A DNA stretch of 64,000 nt from Rubripirellula sp. Its GTDB lineage: Bacteria; Planctomycetota; Planctomycetia; Pirellulales; Pirellulaceae. The stretch covers positions 5,792,001 through 5,856,000 of the forward strand of contig OZ244207.1 in assembly GCA_965216875.1 (NCBI GenBank). Reading direction: 5' to 3'. Below are positions 19,214 to 28,847 of this stretch, piece by piece (the first letter of the stretch is position 1; every line of letters begins with the position of its first letter). Below the pieces are notes generated by a model. That model was given only the letters and a program-made list of their open reading frames with translations. It had not been told where the DNA came from and ran no database searches. A program made the position numbers and the translations under genes.

Positions 19214-20569
19214 TTGAGCGAAACAGACGATACCGAATCCGATCCGAACCCCTACCAGTCGCCAGACGACTCGGATGCCAATGCGGGCGAGTCACTCGAC
19301 GCGCAGCAATCGGGTGGTGAGAAACAACCGCGGCAAGCGGCGATGGCGTTCATTCTGGTCACGCTCTTTATCGACATTCTTGGCATCGGAATCATCATTC
19401 CTGTGCTGCCCGAATTGGTCAAAGAGTTGGTCGCCGTTGATGGTTCGAGCGTCAATATTGCCAAAGCAGGACGGTACGTCGGTGTTATCGGTGCCGCTTA
19501 TGCAACGATGCAGTTCCTGTTCGCGCCTATCTTGGGTGCGTTGTCGGATCGTTTCGGACGGCGTCCAGTCATTCTGGCATCGTTGTTTGGGTTTGGCGTC
19601 GACTTCCTGATCCAAGGCTTCGCACCCAACATCACCTGGTTGTTCGTCGGACGATTGTTAGCCGGCGTCATGGGCGCGAGCTTCACGACCGCCAACGCAT
19701 ACATTGCTGATGTCTCGACACCCGAGAACCGAGCTCGCAATTTTGGCATGGTCGGAATGATGTTTGGGCTCGGTTTCATCATCGGCCCTGCACTCGGCGG
19801 TGTGCTCGGCGGCTTTAGTCTTCGATTGCCGTTCTTCGTTGCTGCTGGTTTGGCGCTGGTGAATTGGCTTTACGGCTTCTTTGTCCTTCCGGAATCGCTG
19901 CCACCAGAAAAGCGCAGCCAGTTCTCATTGCGAAAAGCGAACCCGGTCGGCGCGTTCAAACACCTCCGCAAGTACCCGCTCGTCGCTGGACTTGCGATTG
20001 TGTTCGTTTGCACCTCGCTCGCCCAACGTGGACTCGAAAGCGTCTGGGTTCTGTACACCGGATTTCGATACGATTGGAACGAGCTGACCAACGGCCTCGC
20101 GTTGGGATTGGTCGGTCTCACGTCGGCCTTTGTCCAAGGTGGCCTGGTCCGTCCCTTCACCAAGCGATTTGGTGAGCGGCGTACGGCAAAGATTGGCATC
20201 ACCGTTTCGGCGATCGCCTTCATGGGCTACGGTCTCGCCAGCGAAGGTTGGATGATTCCGGTCATCATCATCTTTGGTTCCCTTGGCGGTCTGACTGGCC
20301 CCGCGGTGCAAAGCATCGTTGCGGGCACCGTCGATCCATCGGAACAAGGACGCATTCAGGGTGCGCTGACGTCACTCATGAGCTTGACGAACATTTTTGC
20401 GCCAATGTTCTTCACCTGGGGGCTGTTTAGCTACTTCGCCTCCGACAGGGCCGCGTTCGATTTGCCAGGTGCCCCCTTCCTCACCGGCAGCATCCTCTTG
20501 TTCACGGCGTTGGCCATCATCACGAACGTCTTCAGCAAGTTTCCCGAAGCGGAAAAAGAAGAGGATTGA
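19214..20569 (+). CDS. TCR/Tet-family MFS efflux transporter
   Basis: DILGIGIIIPVLP, GALSDRFGRRPV (motif A), AYIADVS, GFIIGPALGG, QGRIQG. Confidence 0.9.
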   Translation: MSETDDTESDPNPYQSPDDSDANAGESLDAQQSGGEKQPRQAAMAFILVTLFIDILGIGIIIPVLPELVKELVAVDGSSVNIAKAGRYVGVIGAAYATMQFLFAPILGALSDRFGRRPVILASLFGFGVDFLIQGFAPNITWLFVGRLLAGVMGASFTTANAYIADVSTPENRARNFGMVGMMFGLGFIIGPALGGVLGGFSLRLPFFVAAGLALVNWLYGFFVLPESLPPEKRSQFSLRKANPVGAFKHLRKYPLVAGLAIVFVCTSLAQRGLESVWVLYTGFRYDWNELTNGLALGLVGLTSAFVQGGLVRPFTKRFGERRTAKIGITVSAIAFMGYGLASEGWMIPVIIIFGSLGGLTGPAVQSIVAGTVDPSEQGRIQGALTSLMSLTNIFAPMFFTWGLFSYFASDRAAFDLPGAPFLTGSILLFTALAIITNVFSKFPEAEKEED

Positions 20570-20700
20570 GGTCGTGTCCCCGTGCCCGTGAGCCGAACGC
20601 GCTCGCGTCGGGCCCTCTGAGACACCAAAGAGTGTGACCCGGCCGCTTTCATACAGATTGTAGGAGCGTCTTCGGACGGATGCATTAAGATTCCGGCATC

Positions 20701-20762
20701 GTCGCCTTTCGCTCCGCGAAAGTTGCGTTTGCGGGCGCTACTTTCGCGGAGCGAAAGGCGAC
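20701..20762. repeat. REP-like palindrome (family A)
   Basis: GTCGCCTTTCGCTCCGCGAAAGT...ACTTTCGCGGAGCGAAAGGCGAC, perfect 23-bp arms, between convergent genes. Confidence 0.9.
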
Positions 20763-20805
20763 ATTCATAAATCACAGCCGAGGAGCTTGTAACACCGCCC
20801 TCGCC

Positions 20806-22416
20806 TTACTTCACCCGAATGATCCGCTGATCGACCGCCTCTTTCCCAGATCGGTCGATGGCGCGGACTTCGATCAGATGGGTGCCAGTGCCCAAACTCG
20901 AAGGCAATGTCGCTTTCCAAAGATGGCGGGTTTGATGTGGTGACGGCAATTCGGTCCAGGTCCGATCTTTCAACGCAGCTTCGCGTTCCTTTTCGGCCAT
21001 GAAACCTGGATCGAGCCCGGGCGATTGTTTCATCGAAATCCAATCGCCTTGGCCAATTCGCATCGACACTTGCGAATCATCCGCCCCACCAAAGACGTTC
21101 ACCGTCACGGTCGTTTCAGCGAGCTTGGATTTGGCGACAACCTCGGGCGCGTAAATGTTCATCTGATGTTCGGCCGGACGACCCGCAGCGCGGAATTCGA
21201 GTCGATATTTGTTCCCATCAAACTCCATGATCGAATAGCCATTGGGGGCTCCATCGGACATCGTTGCGTGAGGGATACCGCGTTCGTCCTTTTGACCGCG
21301 CCACCAACTTCCGCTCACCGTGACATTGATGATGTGATGGTGCTTTTCTTTGCCCCGCCATCCATCTTCTTTGCCGATCAATCGATGTTCCATGAAGTGC
21401 CGATGAGCCGAAATGGAGACGGTCGCAGGCCGCTGTTCAATCAAGCGATAGAGATCTTGCCGATCTTTGACTTCCTGGATTGGCACGTGCATCAACAAAA
21501 CAACCAGCTGATCCTCGGGAATGCCCGCTAGATCGTTCTTCACGAATTCGATCTGTTTCTCACCAAGGCCACCGTGATAGTGAGCCTTTTTGCCGTCGTG
21601 GGCCGCCACCCAAACGACGTCGTCGAGCACCAGAAAATGGGCCGGACCATGGTCAAATGAGTAGTAGGTCGGGCCGTAAATGCTCTCGAACGTCTCATCA
21701 CTGAGTTTGTCGTCGGGAGCGTCCAAGTTCAGATCATGATTCCCGATCACGTTGTACCAGGGGATGCCGATCAGCGCGATCGCTTGATTGAGCGGCTGCA
21801 TGACGTACAGGTCATCGAACACGATGTCGCCAAGGGTCACCCCAAAGGAGGCGTCGTGCCCTTCCGCAGCAATGATCTGTTCAACGACATCATGCGCAAT
21901 GTATTCAACTTCTTTGATGTTGCTCGGTTGCGGGTCACCAAACAAGATCGCCTTGAACTTGTCCGGCTCTTGATTTCGATGCAATGGAAAATCGATCGAC
22001 TTCGGAAGCGGTCCGGTTGGTTTGACGCCTGCGAATTTGAAATTGGGCGGCGAACCGGCTGGCTTGTGAATGTAGTAGAACTGCGGCAATTGGTTCTCAC
22101 CCATCGGAACCTGCCAGTTTCGCGGCTTGATCACAAAGAGGATGGTGTCGCTATCGACCTCGATCGCATATCGACCATCCGCATCTGTCTTGACGATCTC
22201 TTTGCCGTTACTGACTTTGATTCCAGCGAGTCCTGGTTCACCTTCGTCACGTGTGCCGTTCTTGTTCGCATCGTCAAAGACAACGCCGCGAGCCGTTTCG
22301 GTCGGCGCGTGATCGTGTTCGTGATGTTCACCTTCGTGTGCTCGCAAAACACTTGTCGAAGGGGCGATGCCAATCGCCGCGATCAAAGCAAACAGAAAAA
22401 AAGACCGGTAGGGCAT
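20806..22416 (-). CDS. Secreted calcineurin-like metallophosphoesterase with N- and C-terminal accessory domains
   Basis: GDPQ, LGDIV, GNHD, MHVP, SAHRH; N-terminal GVVFDDANKNG; DGAPNGY. Confidence 0.88.
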   Translation of the reverse strand: MPYRSFFLFALIAAIGIAPSTSVLRAHEGEHHEHDHAPTETARGVVFDDANKNGTRDEGEPGLAGIKVSNGKEIVKTDADGRYAIEVDSDTILFVIKPRNWQVPMGENQLPQFYYIHKPAGSPPNFKFAGVKPTGPLPKSIDFPLHRNQEPDKFKAILFGDPQPSNIKEVEYIAHDVVEQIIAAEGHDASFGVTLGDIVFDDLYVMQPLNQAIALIGIPWYNVIGNHDLNLDAPDDKLSDETFESIYGPTYYSFDHGPAHFLVLDDVVWVAAHDGKKAHYHGGLGEKQIEFVKNDLAGIPEDQLVVLLMHVPIQEVKDRQDLYRLIEQRPATVSISAHRHFMEHRLIGKEDGWRGKEKHHHIINVTVSGSWWRGQKDERGIPHATMSDGAPNGYSIMEFDGNKYRLEFRAAGRPAEHQMNIYAPEVVAKSKLAETTVTVNVFGGADDSQVSMRIGQGDWISMKQSPGLDPGFMAEKEREAALKDRTWTELPSPHQTRHLWKATLPSSLGTGTHLIEVRAIDRSGKEAVDQRIIRVK

Positions 22417-22536
22417 GTCTTGGTCGGGGGCAGGTGAAAAAGCGGGCGGGAGGTTTGCGGTATAGCTTAGTCGACAAGTCGATCGAACCCGAATGATGGC
22501 GGCCAATTCGGGAGTTTGTAGGACTGCCTTTGTGCG

Positions 22537-23583
22537 TTAGAACCGATCTTTCCAAAGCTCGTTTCGACTTGGGGGTACCGTTGTGTCGGCGAGGTTACCG
22601 TTGCGGTACAAAATCTCGTGAATCTTGTCGGCCGACCCGTCGAATGAGCCTCCAAACTCGATGTGCCAATCACGATCGGTTGGCACGAGCGAATCGATCG
22701 TGGGCCAAGGATCAAAGGGCGAAAACCCGACTGCCTCGACCAGCTTTGATGAATCCATCGTCACATTCCCCGCTCGAGGTGGCATCGGCCCCGCCTCGAT
22801 TCGGTCGCATCCTTGCAACAACTTGGGATCGTAACCCCCAACGACGTTTACGATCTGAGCGATTTCGTAAAGACTCAGTCGCCTTGGACCGCCAGCGTGA
22901 TGGATGCCCGAGATCGGATTCAACAACAGATGATGAAAAAGCCGGTTCATGCAATCGGTATACGACGGCGTGCGCACTTCATCAAAGTAGAGCGTTGCTG
23001 GTTTGTCTTGTTTGAAGCGAGACGCAATCCAATCCACCGCGCCCGCGTGGCCATTGAAGCTGATGCCCATCGGAAGTGAAATTCGAAGGACGCAAGCGTC
23101 GGGACGTTTCGAAAGCACAACCTGTTCCGCCTCGACCATCTTTGCACCGTAGATGGTCACCGGATCGGTCGGGTCGGTTTCGACATAACCGCCCTGCCCT
23201 TGCCCGCTGTAAACCAAGTCAATGGACAGATGGATGACTTGAGCACCATGTCGAACGGCACCTCGAATCATGTTTTGCGCACCGACCACATTGACGCGAT
23301 GCGCCATCTCGGGATCGAGCTCACATGACTTGAGACGACAACTGCCGCCACAGCTCAAGACGGCTGCAAACTGGTACTCATCCCACAGACGATCCATCGC
23401 CGCCGTGTCTTCCAAGTCGCAACCGATGATCCCCTCACCGGCAAGCGGCCACATCGACGATTGGCGAATCCCAATGACTTGGTCTCCGAATCGTTCGCGA
23501 AAGTAGTGGAACGCGTTGTATCCAGGAACTCCAGCAATTCCAGTGACCAAAAGTGGCAGCGGCGGCGTAGTGAACACGTGCAA
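22537..23583 (-). CDS. RmlD-like extended SDR (sugar-nucleotide-binding) protein
   Basis: LLVTGIAGVPG Rossmann motif; CELDPEMAHRVNV; DEVRTP; catalytic motifs atypical. Confidence 0.75.
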   Translation of the reverse strand: MHVFTTPPLPLLVTGIAGVPGYNAFHYFRERFGDQVIGIRQSSMWPLAGEGIIGCDLEDTAAMDRLWDEYQFAAVLSCGGSCRLKSCELDPEMAHRVNVVGAQNMIRGAVRHGAQVIHLSIDLVYSGQGQGGYVETDPTDPVTIYGAKMVEAEQVVLSKRPDACVLRISLPMGISFNGHAGAVDWIASRFKQDKPATLYFDEVRTPSYTDCMNRLFHHLLLNPISGIHHAGGPRRLSLYEIAQIVNVVGGYDPKLLQGCDRIEAGPMPPRAGNVTMDSSKLVEAVGFSPFDPWPTIDSLVPTDRDWHIEFGGSFDGSADKIHEILYRNGNLADTTVPPSRNELWKDRF

Positions 23584-23772
23584 TCAGATCGAAGGGGCTT
23601 CGTAGGGGCGGTGCTATCCCGTAATCGCATCGCCCGGCAACGCCATTTAGCATCGCCATCGAGTGCCCTAAACTAAGCAGAGGCCTTACTCTGCTCAACC
23701 GCAATTCCCCTTTGCTTCCCGACGGGTGATCCCTTTCGCTTCCCAACGGAAGTCAATGAGGCTTGATGGTCG

Positions 23773-24207
23773 ATGTGGCGACGCCTGACCGATTGGATCG
23801 AACAAACAAAACGAATACCTGCGGTACCGATCGAATTCCGCGCCGAGTGGATTTGGGTTCCCCTGGTACTCCTGTTCGTCGGCACGCCGGCCTTCCTTGG
23901 TTGCGTGGTTCTCGCCGCACTCGGATTTAAATGGCCGCTCATCGTGCTCGTCTGCATCTGCGTACTCGGCCCATTGTTCACGAGCGAACCGGTCACCAAA
24001 CGCATCGCTGCTGCGGCCAGTTTGACCGGCGCAATCGTGTTTTCAGCGTTGTACTACTTTGCGATGATGGTTCTTGGTGATTTTTGGCCTTTGCGCGCGC
24101 TGTTCGATTCCGAATTCGGGCTCGCATCGTTCTTTTCCCTTCACACTTTGAGCGTTTTTCCAGCGTCTTGGGTCGTGTACCGGTCGATCCGACCCAAGCA
24201 GCCCTGA
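23773..24207 (+). CDS. Hypothetical membrane protein
   Basis: 144-aa ORF with about 4 hydrophobic segments filling an intergenic gap. Confidence 0.55.
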   Translation: MWRRLTDWIEQTKRIPAVPIEFRAEWIWVPLVLLFVGTPAFLGCVVLAALGFKWPLIVLVCICVLGPLFTSEPVTKRIAAAASLTGAIVFSALYYFAMMVLGDFWPLRALFDSEFGLASFFSLHTLSVFPASWVVYRSIRPKQP

Positions 24208-24315
24208 ACTTTTTTCAGAATTTCAAAACACTTCCCACTTCGAAGGCTCCTACAGCGAAGCAGCCGACTCGTTCATCTCGGCTGCGTTTCAACACGCTGT
24301 GTTAGGAGCACCATC

Positions 24316-26496
24316 ATGTTTTTGCAAACGGCCCGAGGATCTCGGACCCTTTTGCTCGGGGTCGCGGTCGCATGTGCGGTCGCTACAGTCACTAGCTCAA
24401 AACAGACGGCCGATGCCGCCGGTTTGCTTGTCGCCGACGGAGGTTTCGGCGGCGTCCTTGAAATCAAAGAACAAGACGTTCGAGTCACGATCAACAACTC
24501 GATCGCCGTGACTCAAATCGATCAAGTCTTCGTCAACACCGAAAACCGACAGGTCGAAGCCCTTTACACCTTTCCGGTACCACGCGAAGCAAGCGTTTCG
24601 AATTTCAGCATGTGGATCGCTGGTAAAGAAATGATCGGCGAAGTCGTCGAAAAAGAACGTGCACGCGAAATCTACAACAGCTACAAGCAGCAACGCCGTG
24701 ACCCAGGGTTGCTTGAGCAAGTTGATTTCAAACAATTCGAAATGCGCATCTTTCCAATTCCGGCCGGCGCCGAACAGCGGATTCGAATCGAGTACTACCA
24801 AGAGTTGAACGTTGACCATGACTGGGCAACGTACGTCTATCCGCTTGCAACCCAAGTTGGCGGCAAACCGATCGACACGAAAGTTCGGGGTCGCTTCTCG
24901 ATGAACCTGGATGTGAAAAGCGAAGTCCCTATCAAAGAACTTCGCAGTGAGTCGCACGCGGACGACTTTGTCGTTGTCAATCATCACCCCGAATACGCCC
25001 AAGCCGCAATGGAGTTGACTGAAGGCGACCTTTCGCGTGATATCGTCATCGCCTTCCAAACCAAGCGACCTCGCACTGGCTTGGATGTTGTCACGAGTCG
25101 CCCGAAAGGCGAAGCCGGCTACTTCATGATGACGCTCACACCGGGCGAAGACCTTAGCAGCACATCGGAACCGATGGACTACGTCTTTCTGTTGGACATT
25201 TCCGGGAGCATGGCTCGGGACGACAAGTTGCAAATCAGTCGTAAGAGTGTCGTCGCTTTTGTTGAATCGCTTGGTCCCGAAGACCGTTTCGATTGCCTGG
25301 CGTTCAACCTGACACCGACGCCACTGTTCCAAGAAATGCGGTCGGCCAGTGAGATGAATGTCGATGAGGCTCGCGAATTCTTCCGAACTCAACGTGCGCG
25401 TGGTGGAACAGTGTTGCAACCTGCCCTGTCCGCCGCCTACGCCTATCGCGACGATGATCGACCGCTCAACGTCATCTTGCTGAGCGACGGGATGACCGAA
25501 GCAGGCGAAAACGAAGAACTCTTGCAATTGATTCAGTCGCGTCCCGATGGCGTGCGAGTTTTTTGCATCGGCGTTGGCAACGAAGTCAATCGACCATTAC
25601 TCAGCCAAATGGCGAACCAAGCTGGCGGACTGGCTGCGTTTGTTTCGACCGAGGACAGTTTCGCTCGCCAAGCCTCTTTGATGCGTCAAAAACTCGTTCG
25701 ACCGGCGATCGAAGACGTTTCGCTCTCGTTTGAAGGAAACCAAATCGGCGAAGTCGAACCAACCGAACTGGGCGACCTGTTTTACGGCACACCACTGCGT
25801 TTACTCGGTCGTTACGAACAAGGCGGGCCCGTCACTGCGACCCTGCGTGGCAGCGTGCAGGGTTCACCCTGGGAACAAACCGTCGATGTCCAGCTTGCCA
25901 AGACGGACGAAGGCAACAGCGAAATCGAACGCATGTGGGCTCAAAAACGCGTTGCCCGATTATTGGGCGAAGAACGTTCCGGGAAAGCAAAACACCGGGA
26001 TGAGATCGTGCGGTTGTGCGAAGGCTACTCTATCGTTTCGCCTTATGCATCGATGTTGGTCTTAGAGAACGACGGCGAATACAAGCGTTGGAAAATCGAG
26101 CAACGAAACGCGACTCGGATCGCTCGGGATCGTCAGTCGCGTGAGCGAATGCAGTCGAAGCTAACGCAACTGCGTCAGCAAAACCAAGAGTCGTTCGCCG
26201 TCAATCGAGCCAAGAAGCTGACGTCTGCACCAAGCGGCCGCACACCTGCGTCGCCAAGTGTACGCACGACACCGAATCAGGTTGCACCTGCCAATCAATC
26301 GGCTAGTCAGCCTGCCAATCAACGGGCCAATCAACCGGCACCCGGTCGCGGAATCGACTTGGACGTGGGACTGCCAGGCGGCGGTGGCGGAGCAATCGAT
26401 CCGATCACTGCGATGTTGGCACTTGGAACTGCCGGCTCGGCCGCACTGGCTCATCGTCGTCGTAAGACGAAAGCCAAATCGGGTGACGATAAGTAA
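24316..26496 (+). CDS. Secreted VIT + vWA domain protein with GlyGly-CTERM-like sorting tail
   Basis: Signal peptide; VIT (EALYTFPVP..ASVSNF..DPGLLE); vWA MIDAS DISGSM, GGT, LLSDG; P/Q/N/A linker; tail GGGGGAIDPITAMLALGTAGSAALAHRRRK. Confidence 0.88.
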   Translation: MFLQTARGSRTLLLGVAVACAVATVTSSKQTADAAGLLVADGGFGGVLEIKEQDVRVTINNSIAVTQIDQVFVNTENRQVEALYTFPVPREASVSNFSMWIAGKEMIGEVVEKERAREIYNSYKQQRRDPGLLEQVDFKQFEMRIFPIPAGAEQRIRIEYYQELNVDHDWATYVYPLATQVGGKPIDTKVRGRFSMNLDVKSEVPIKELRSESHADDFVVVNHHPEYAQAAMELTEGDLSRDIVIAFQTKRPRTGLDVVTSRPKGEAGYFMMTLTPGEDLSSTSEPMDYVFLLDISGSMARDDKLQISRKSVVAFVESLGPEDRFDCLAFNLTPTPLFQEMRSASEMNVDEAREFFRTQRARGGTVLQPALSAAYAYRDDDRPLNVILLSDGMTEAGENEELLQLIQSRPDGVRVFCIGVGNEVNRPLLSQMANQAGGLAAFVSTEDSFARQASLMRQKLVRPAIEDVSLSFEGNQIGEVEPTELGDLFYGTPLRLLGRYEQGGPVTATLRGSVQGSPWEQTVDVQLAKTDEGNSEIERMWAQKRVARLLGEERSGKAKHRDEIVRLCEGYSIVSPYASMLVLENDGEYKRWKIEQRNATRIARDRQSRERMQSKLTQLRQQNQESFAVNRAKKLTSAPSGRTPASPSVRTTPNQVAPANQSASQPANQRANQPAPGRGIDLDVGLPGGGGGAIDPITAMLALGTAGSAALAHRRRKTKAKSGDDK

Positions 26497-26586
26497 AAGG
26501 TTGACGCGAGAAATTCTTTAGGGGATGGGCTAAAACGCCTGTCCCCGCTCGTGTATTCGATTCCAACATCCCACCGACATCCCACC

Positions 26587-27216
26587 ATGTTTCGCAAATT
26601 GCTCTCGGCACCCGTCACACTCGCCGGTGCCATCGCTGCACTCGGAGTCGCCGCTTCACCATCGCTTGCATCAGCACTTGAACTGAACTTTGAATCGGTA
26701 GCCGATGGCAAGTGGTGGCAACTGATCACCGGTCACTTCACTCATTACGACGGCAACCATCTCTTCTGGGACTTGTTGATGTTCGTCGGGCTCGGATTCG
26801 CGTGCGAGCAAAGACATGGCAAATGGTTTGCTCCTGCCATTCTGGTAACGATGCTGGCGATCGCGGCGGGAATTCGACTGTTTTGTCTTGACATTACGAC
26901 CTACCGCGGGCTCAGTGGACTCGACACTGGATTGTTCGTTTGGTTTGTCGCGGATCAATGCCGAGACCGAATCAAAGAAGCGGACTACAAGGCAATGTTG
27001 TTGTGGCTGGTCCCTTCACTCGGCCTGCTGGGAAAAATGGTTTTCGAAGCAGTGACGGGCCAAACCTTGTTCGTTGATTCATCAGGTTTCGTGCCGCTGG
27101 TCGAATCGCACCTCGCCGGCGCCGTCGCGGGGTTGATCGTGTTTGCAGCATCGGCTTACCGAGCAAGTCACGCGGAATATTCTTGTGAGCCTCTGGTTCG
27201 TAGTACCGAGCTTTAG
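26587..27216 (+). CDS. rrtA: Rhombosortase (rhomboid-family intramembrane serine protease)
   Basis: GKWWQLITGHFTH..HLFWDL, YRGLSG (catalytic Ser), SHLAGA (catalytic His), GKMVFE. Confidence 0.82.
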   Translation: MFRKLLSAPVTLAGAIAALGVAASPSLASALELNFESVADGKWWQLITGHFTHYDGNHLFWDLLMFVGLGFACEQRHGKWFAPAILVTMLAIAAGIRLFCLDITTYRGLSGLDTGLFVWFVADQCRDRIKEADYKAMLLWLVPSLGLLGKMVFEAVTGQTLFVDSSGFVPLVESHLAGAVAGLIVFAASAYRASHAEYSCEPLVRSTEL

Positions 27217-27323
27217 CCGGAATCTTTGGGCTCTTCCGTCTAAAGGTGGGACGACAAACAGGTGGCGCAACCCGAGCTATAATCGGGGCCTCCCGAAAAG
27301 CACCCACCACACCGAGACCTTTC

Positions 27324-28694
27324 ATGCCCCATTGCCCCACCCGAACCATTCGGTTCTGCCCTGCCCTATGCACACTCCTGCTTGCCACCTTCTTTGGCCT
27401 CGTTGCCGTCAACACGCAGGTTGCCCAAGCCGACGAATCGGCGCGCCCCAATATCGTCTTGATCATGGCCGACGACTTTGGGTTTGAATGCGTTGGTGCC
27501 AACGGCGGCACATCTTACGAAACACCCGTACTCGATCGATTGGCCTCGGAAGGTGTTCGTTTCGAGCATTGCTATTCTCAGCCGATCTGTACGCCTACTC
27601 GGGTAAAGTTGATGACGGGAATGTACAACGTTCGCAACTATACCGAATTCGGACTGCTCGAAAAAACCCAATCGACGTTTGCCAATTTGCTACGTGACAA
27701 CGGCTACGCAACGTGCATCGTCGGCAAATGGCAGCTCGGCATGGACAAGACGTTGCCCAATCATTTCGGATTCGATGAACATTGCCTTTGGCAACTGCTT
27801 CGACGCCCAAGTCGCTATCCGAGTCCAGGCTTGGAGGTGAACGGCGAACCGATCGACTACATGCCAGGATACGGCCCCGACGTCGTCACCGAATACGCGC
27901 TCGATTTCATCAAACGCAACAGTGACAAACCGTTCATGTTGTACTACCCGATGATCCTGACGCATTGCCCGTTTGAACCGACGCCCGATTCAAAGGATTG
28001 GGATCCCAATAGTAAAGGGTCGCCAACCTACAAAGGTGATGCAAAGTACTTTGGGGACATGGTCAACTACATGGACAAACAGGTTGGCCGCATCCTTGAC
28101 CAACTCGACAAAGTCGGCGTTCGCGAGAACACACTGGTTTTGTTTACCGGTGACAACGGCACGGACAAACCTGTCGTGTCAACGATGCGAGGCCGCGAAG
28201 TCGCCGGCGACAAGGGCTCGACCAAAGATGGCGGAACGCGCGTCCCGCTGATCGCGCACTGGCAAGGCAAAACCGCCACCGGCGTCGTTTGCAATGACAT
28301 GGTCGACTTTAGCGACTTCCTTCCCACGTTATGCGACGCAACGAACACGTCGATTCCCGAAAGTCGCACGGTTGATGGAACAAGTTTCCTGCCACAACTG
28401 CTGGGACAAACCGGCACACCAAGGGATTGGATCTACGTTTGGTACGCAAGAAATGGTGGTCGCAAGGGAAAGGAATTCACCCGCAATCAACGCTACAAAC
28501 TCTATCGTACCGGTAAGTTTTACGACATCGAAAACGATGTACTCGAGAAGAGTCCGCTGGCATTCAAACAGCTCTCCAAGGAACAGAAGCAAACACGGAA
28601 GATGCTGCAAAAGGCGCTTGATCAATACACCGACGCGCGGCCCGAGAAATTTGCCGGTTGGGTGGAACGCAAAAAGAAGGCAAAGAAGAAATAG
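27324..28694 (+). CDS. Sulfatase (Cys-type)
   Basis: PNIVLIMADDFG, CTPTR, GKWQL, GDNGT. Confidence 0.92.
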   Translation: MPHCPTRTIRFCPALCTLLLATFFGLVAVNTQVAQADESARPNIVLIMADDFGFECVGANGGTSYETPVLDRLASEGVRFEHCYSQPICTPTRVKLMTGMYNVRNYTEFGLLEKTQSTFANLLRDNGYATCIVGKWQLGMDKTLPNHFGFDEHCLWQLLRRPSRYPSPGLEVNGEPIDYMPGYGPDVVTEYALDFIKRNSDKPFMLYYPMILTHCPFEPTPDSKDWDPNSKGSPTYKGDAKYFGDMVNYMDKQVGRILDQLDKVGVRENTLVLFTGDNGTDKPVVSTMRGREVAGDKGSTKDGGTRVPLIAHWQGKTATGVVCNDMVDFSDFLPTLCDATNTSIPESRTVDGTSFLPQLLGQTGTPRDWIYVWYARNGGRKGKEFTRNQRYKLYRTGKFYDIENDVLEKSPLAFKQLSKEQKQTRKMLQKALDQYTDARPEKFAGWVERKKKAKKK

Positions 28695-28731
28695 CAGCGA
28701 TTTGTGTCATGCACTGTTTCAACAGGAATAA

Positions 28732-28830
28732 CCCTCCCACTTGTGGGAGGGTCGGGCGCTAAAGCCCGGGGAGGGCCGTTCGTGGTGCCGCTCTCCGGGC
28801 CTGAGAGCCCGACTCTCCCTAGGGAGAGTG
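28732..28830. repeat. REP-like palindromic element (family D)
   Basis: CCCTCCCACTTGTGGGAGGG hairpin plus ACTCTCCCTAGGGAGAGT; a related copy lies at 61628-61670; both are between convergent genes. Confidence 0.75.
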
Positions 28831-28847
28831 CCAGCCGGATGCATGAC

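Noticed and set aside
19214..20569. Acquired tetracycline-resistance gene tetA
   Set aside because: Family-level similarity only; no tetR or mobile context.
23677..23740. Riboswitch or ncRNA upstream of the SDR gene
   Set aside because: Only a 7-bp hairpin (AGCAGAG/CTCTGCT); no recognisable aptamer consensus.
24397..25527. 376-aa antisense ORF and similar shadow ORFs (e.g. 4406-5389, 34071-35051)
   Set aside because: Opposite-strand shadows of well-supported genes in GC-rich DNA.
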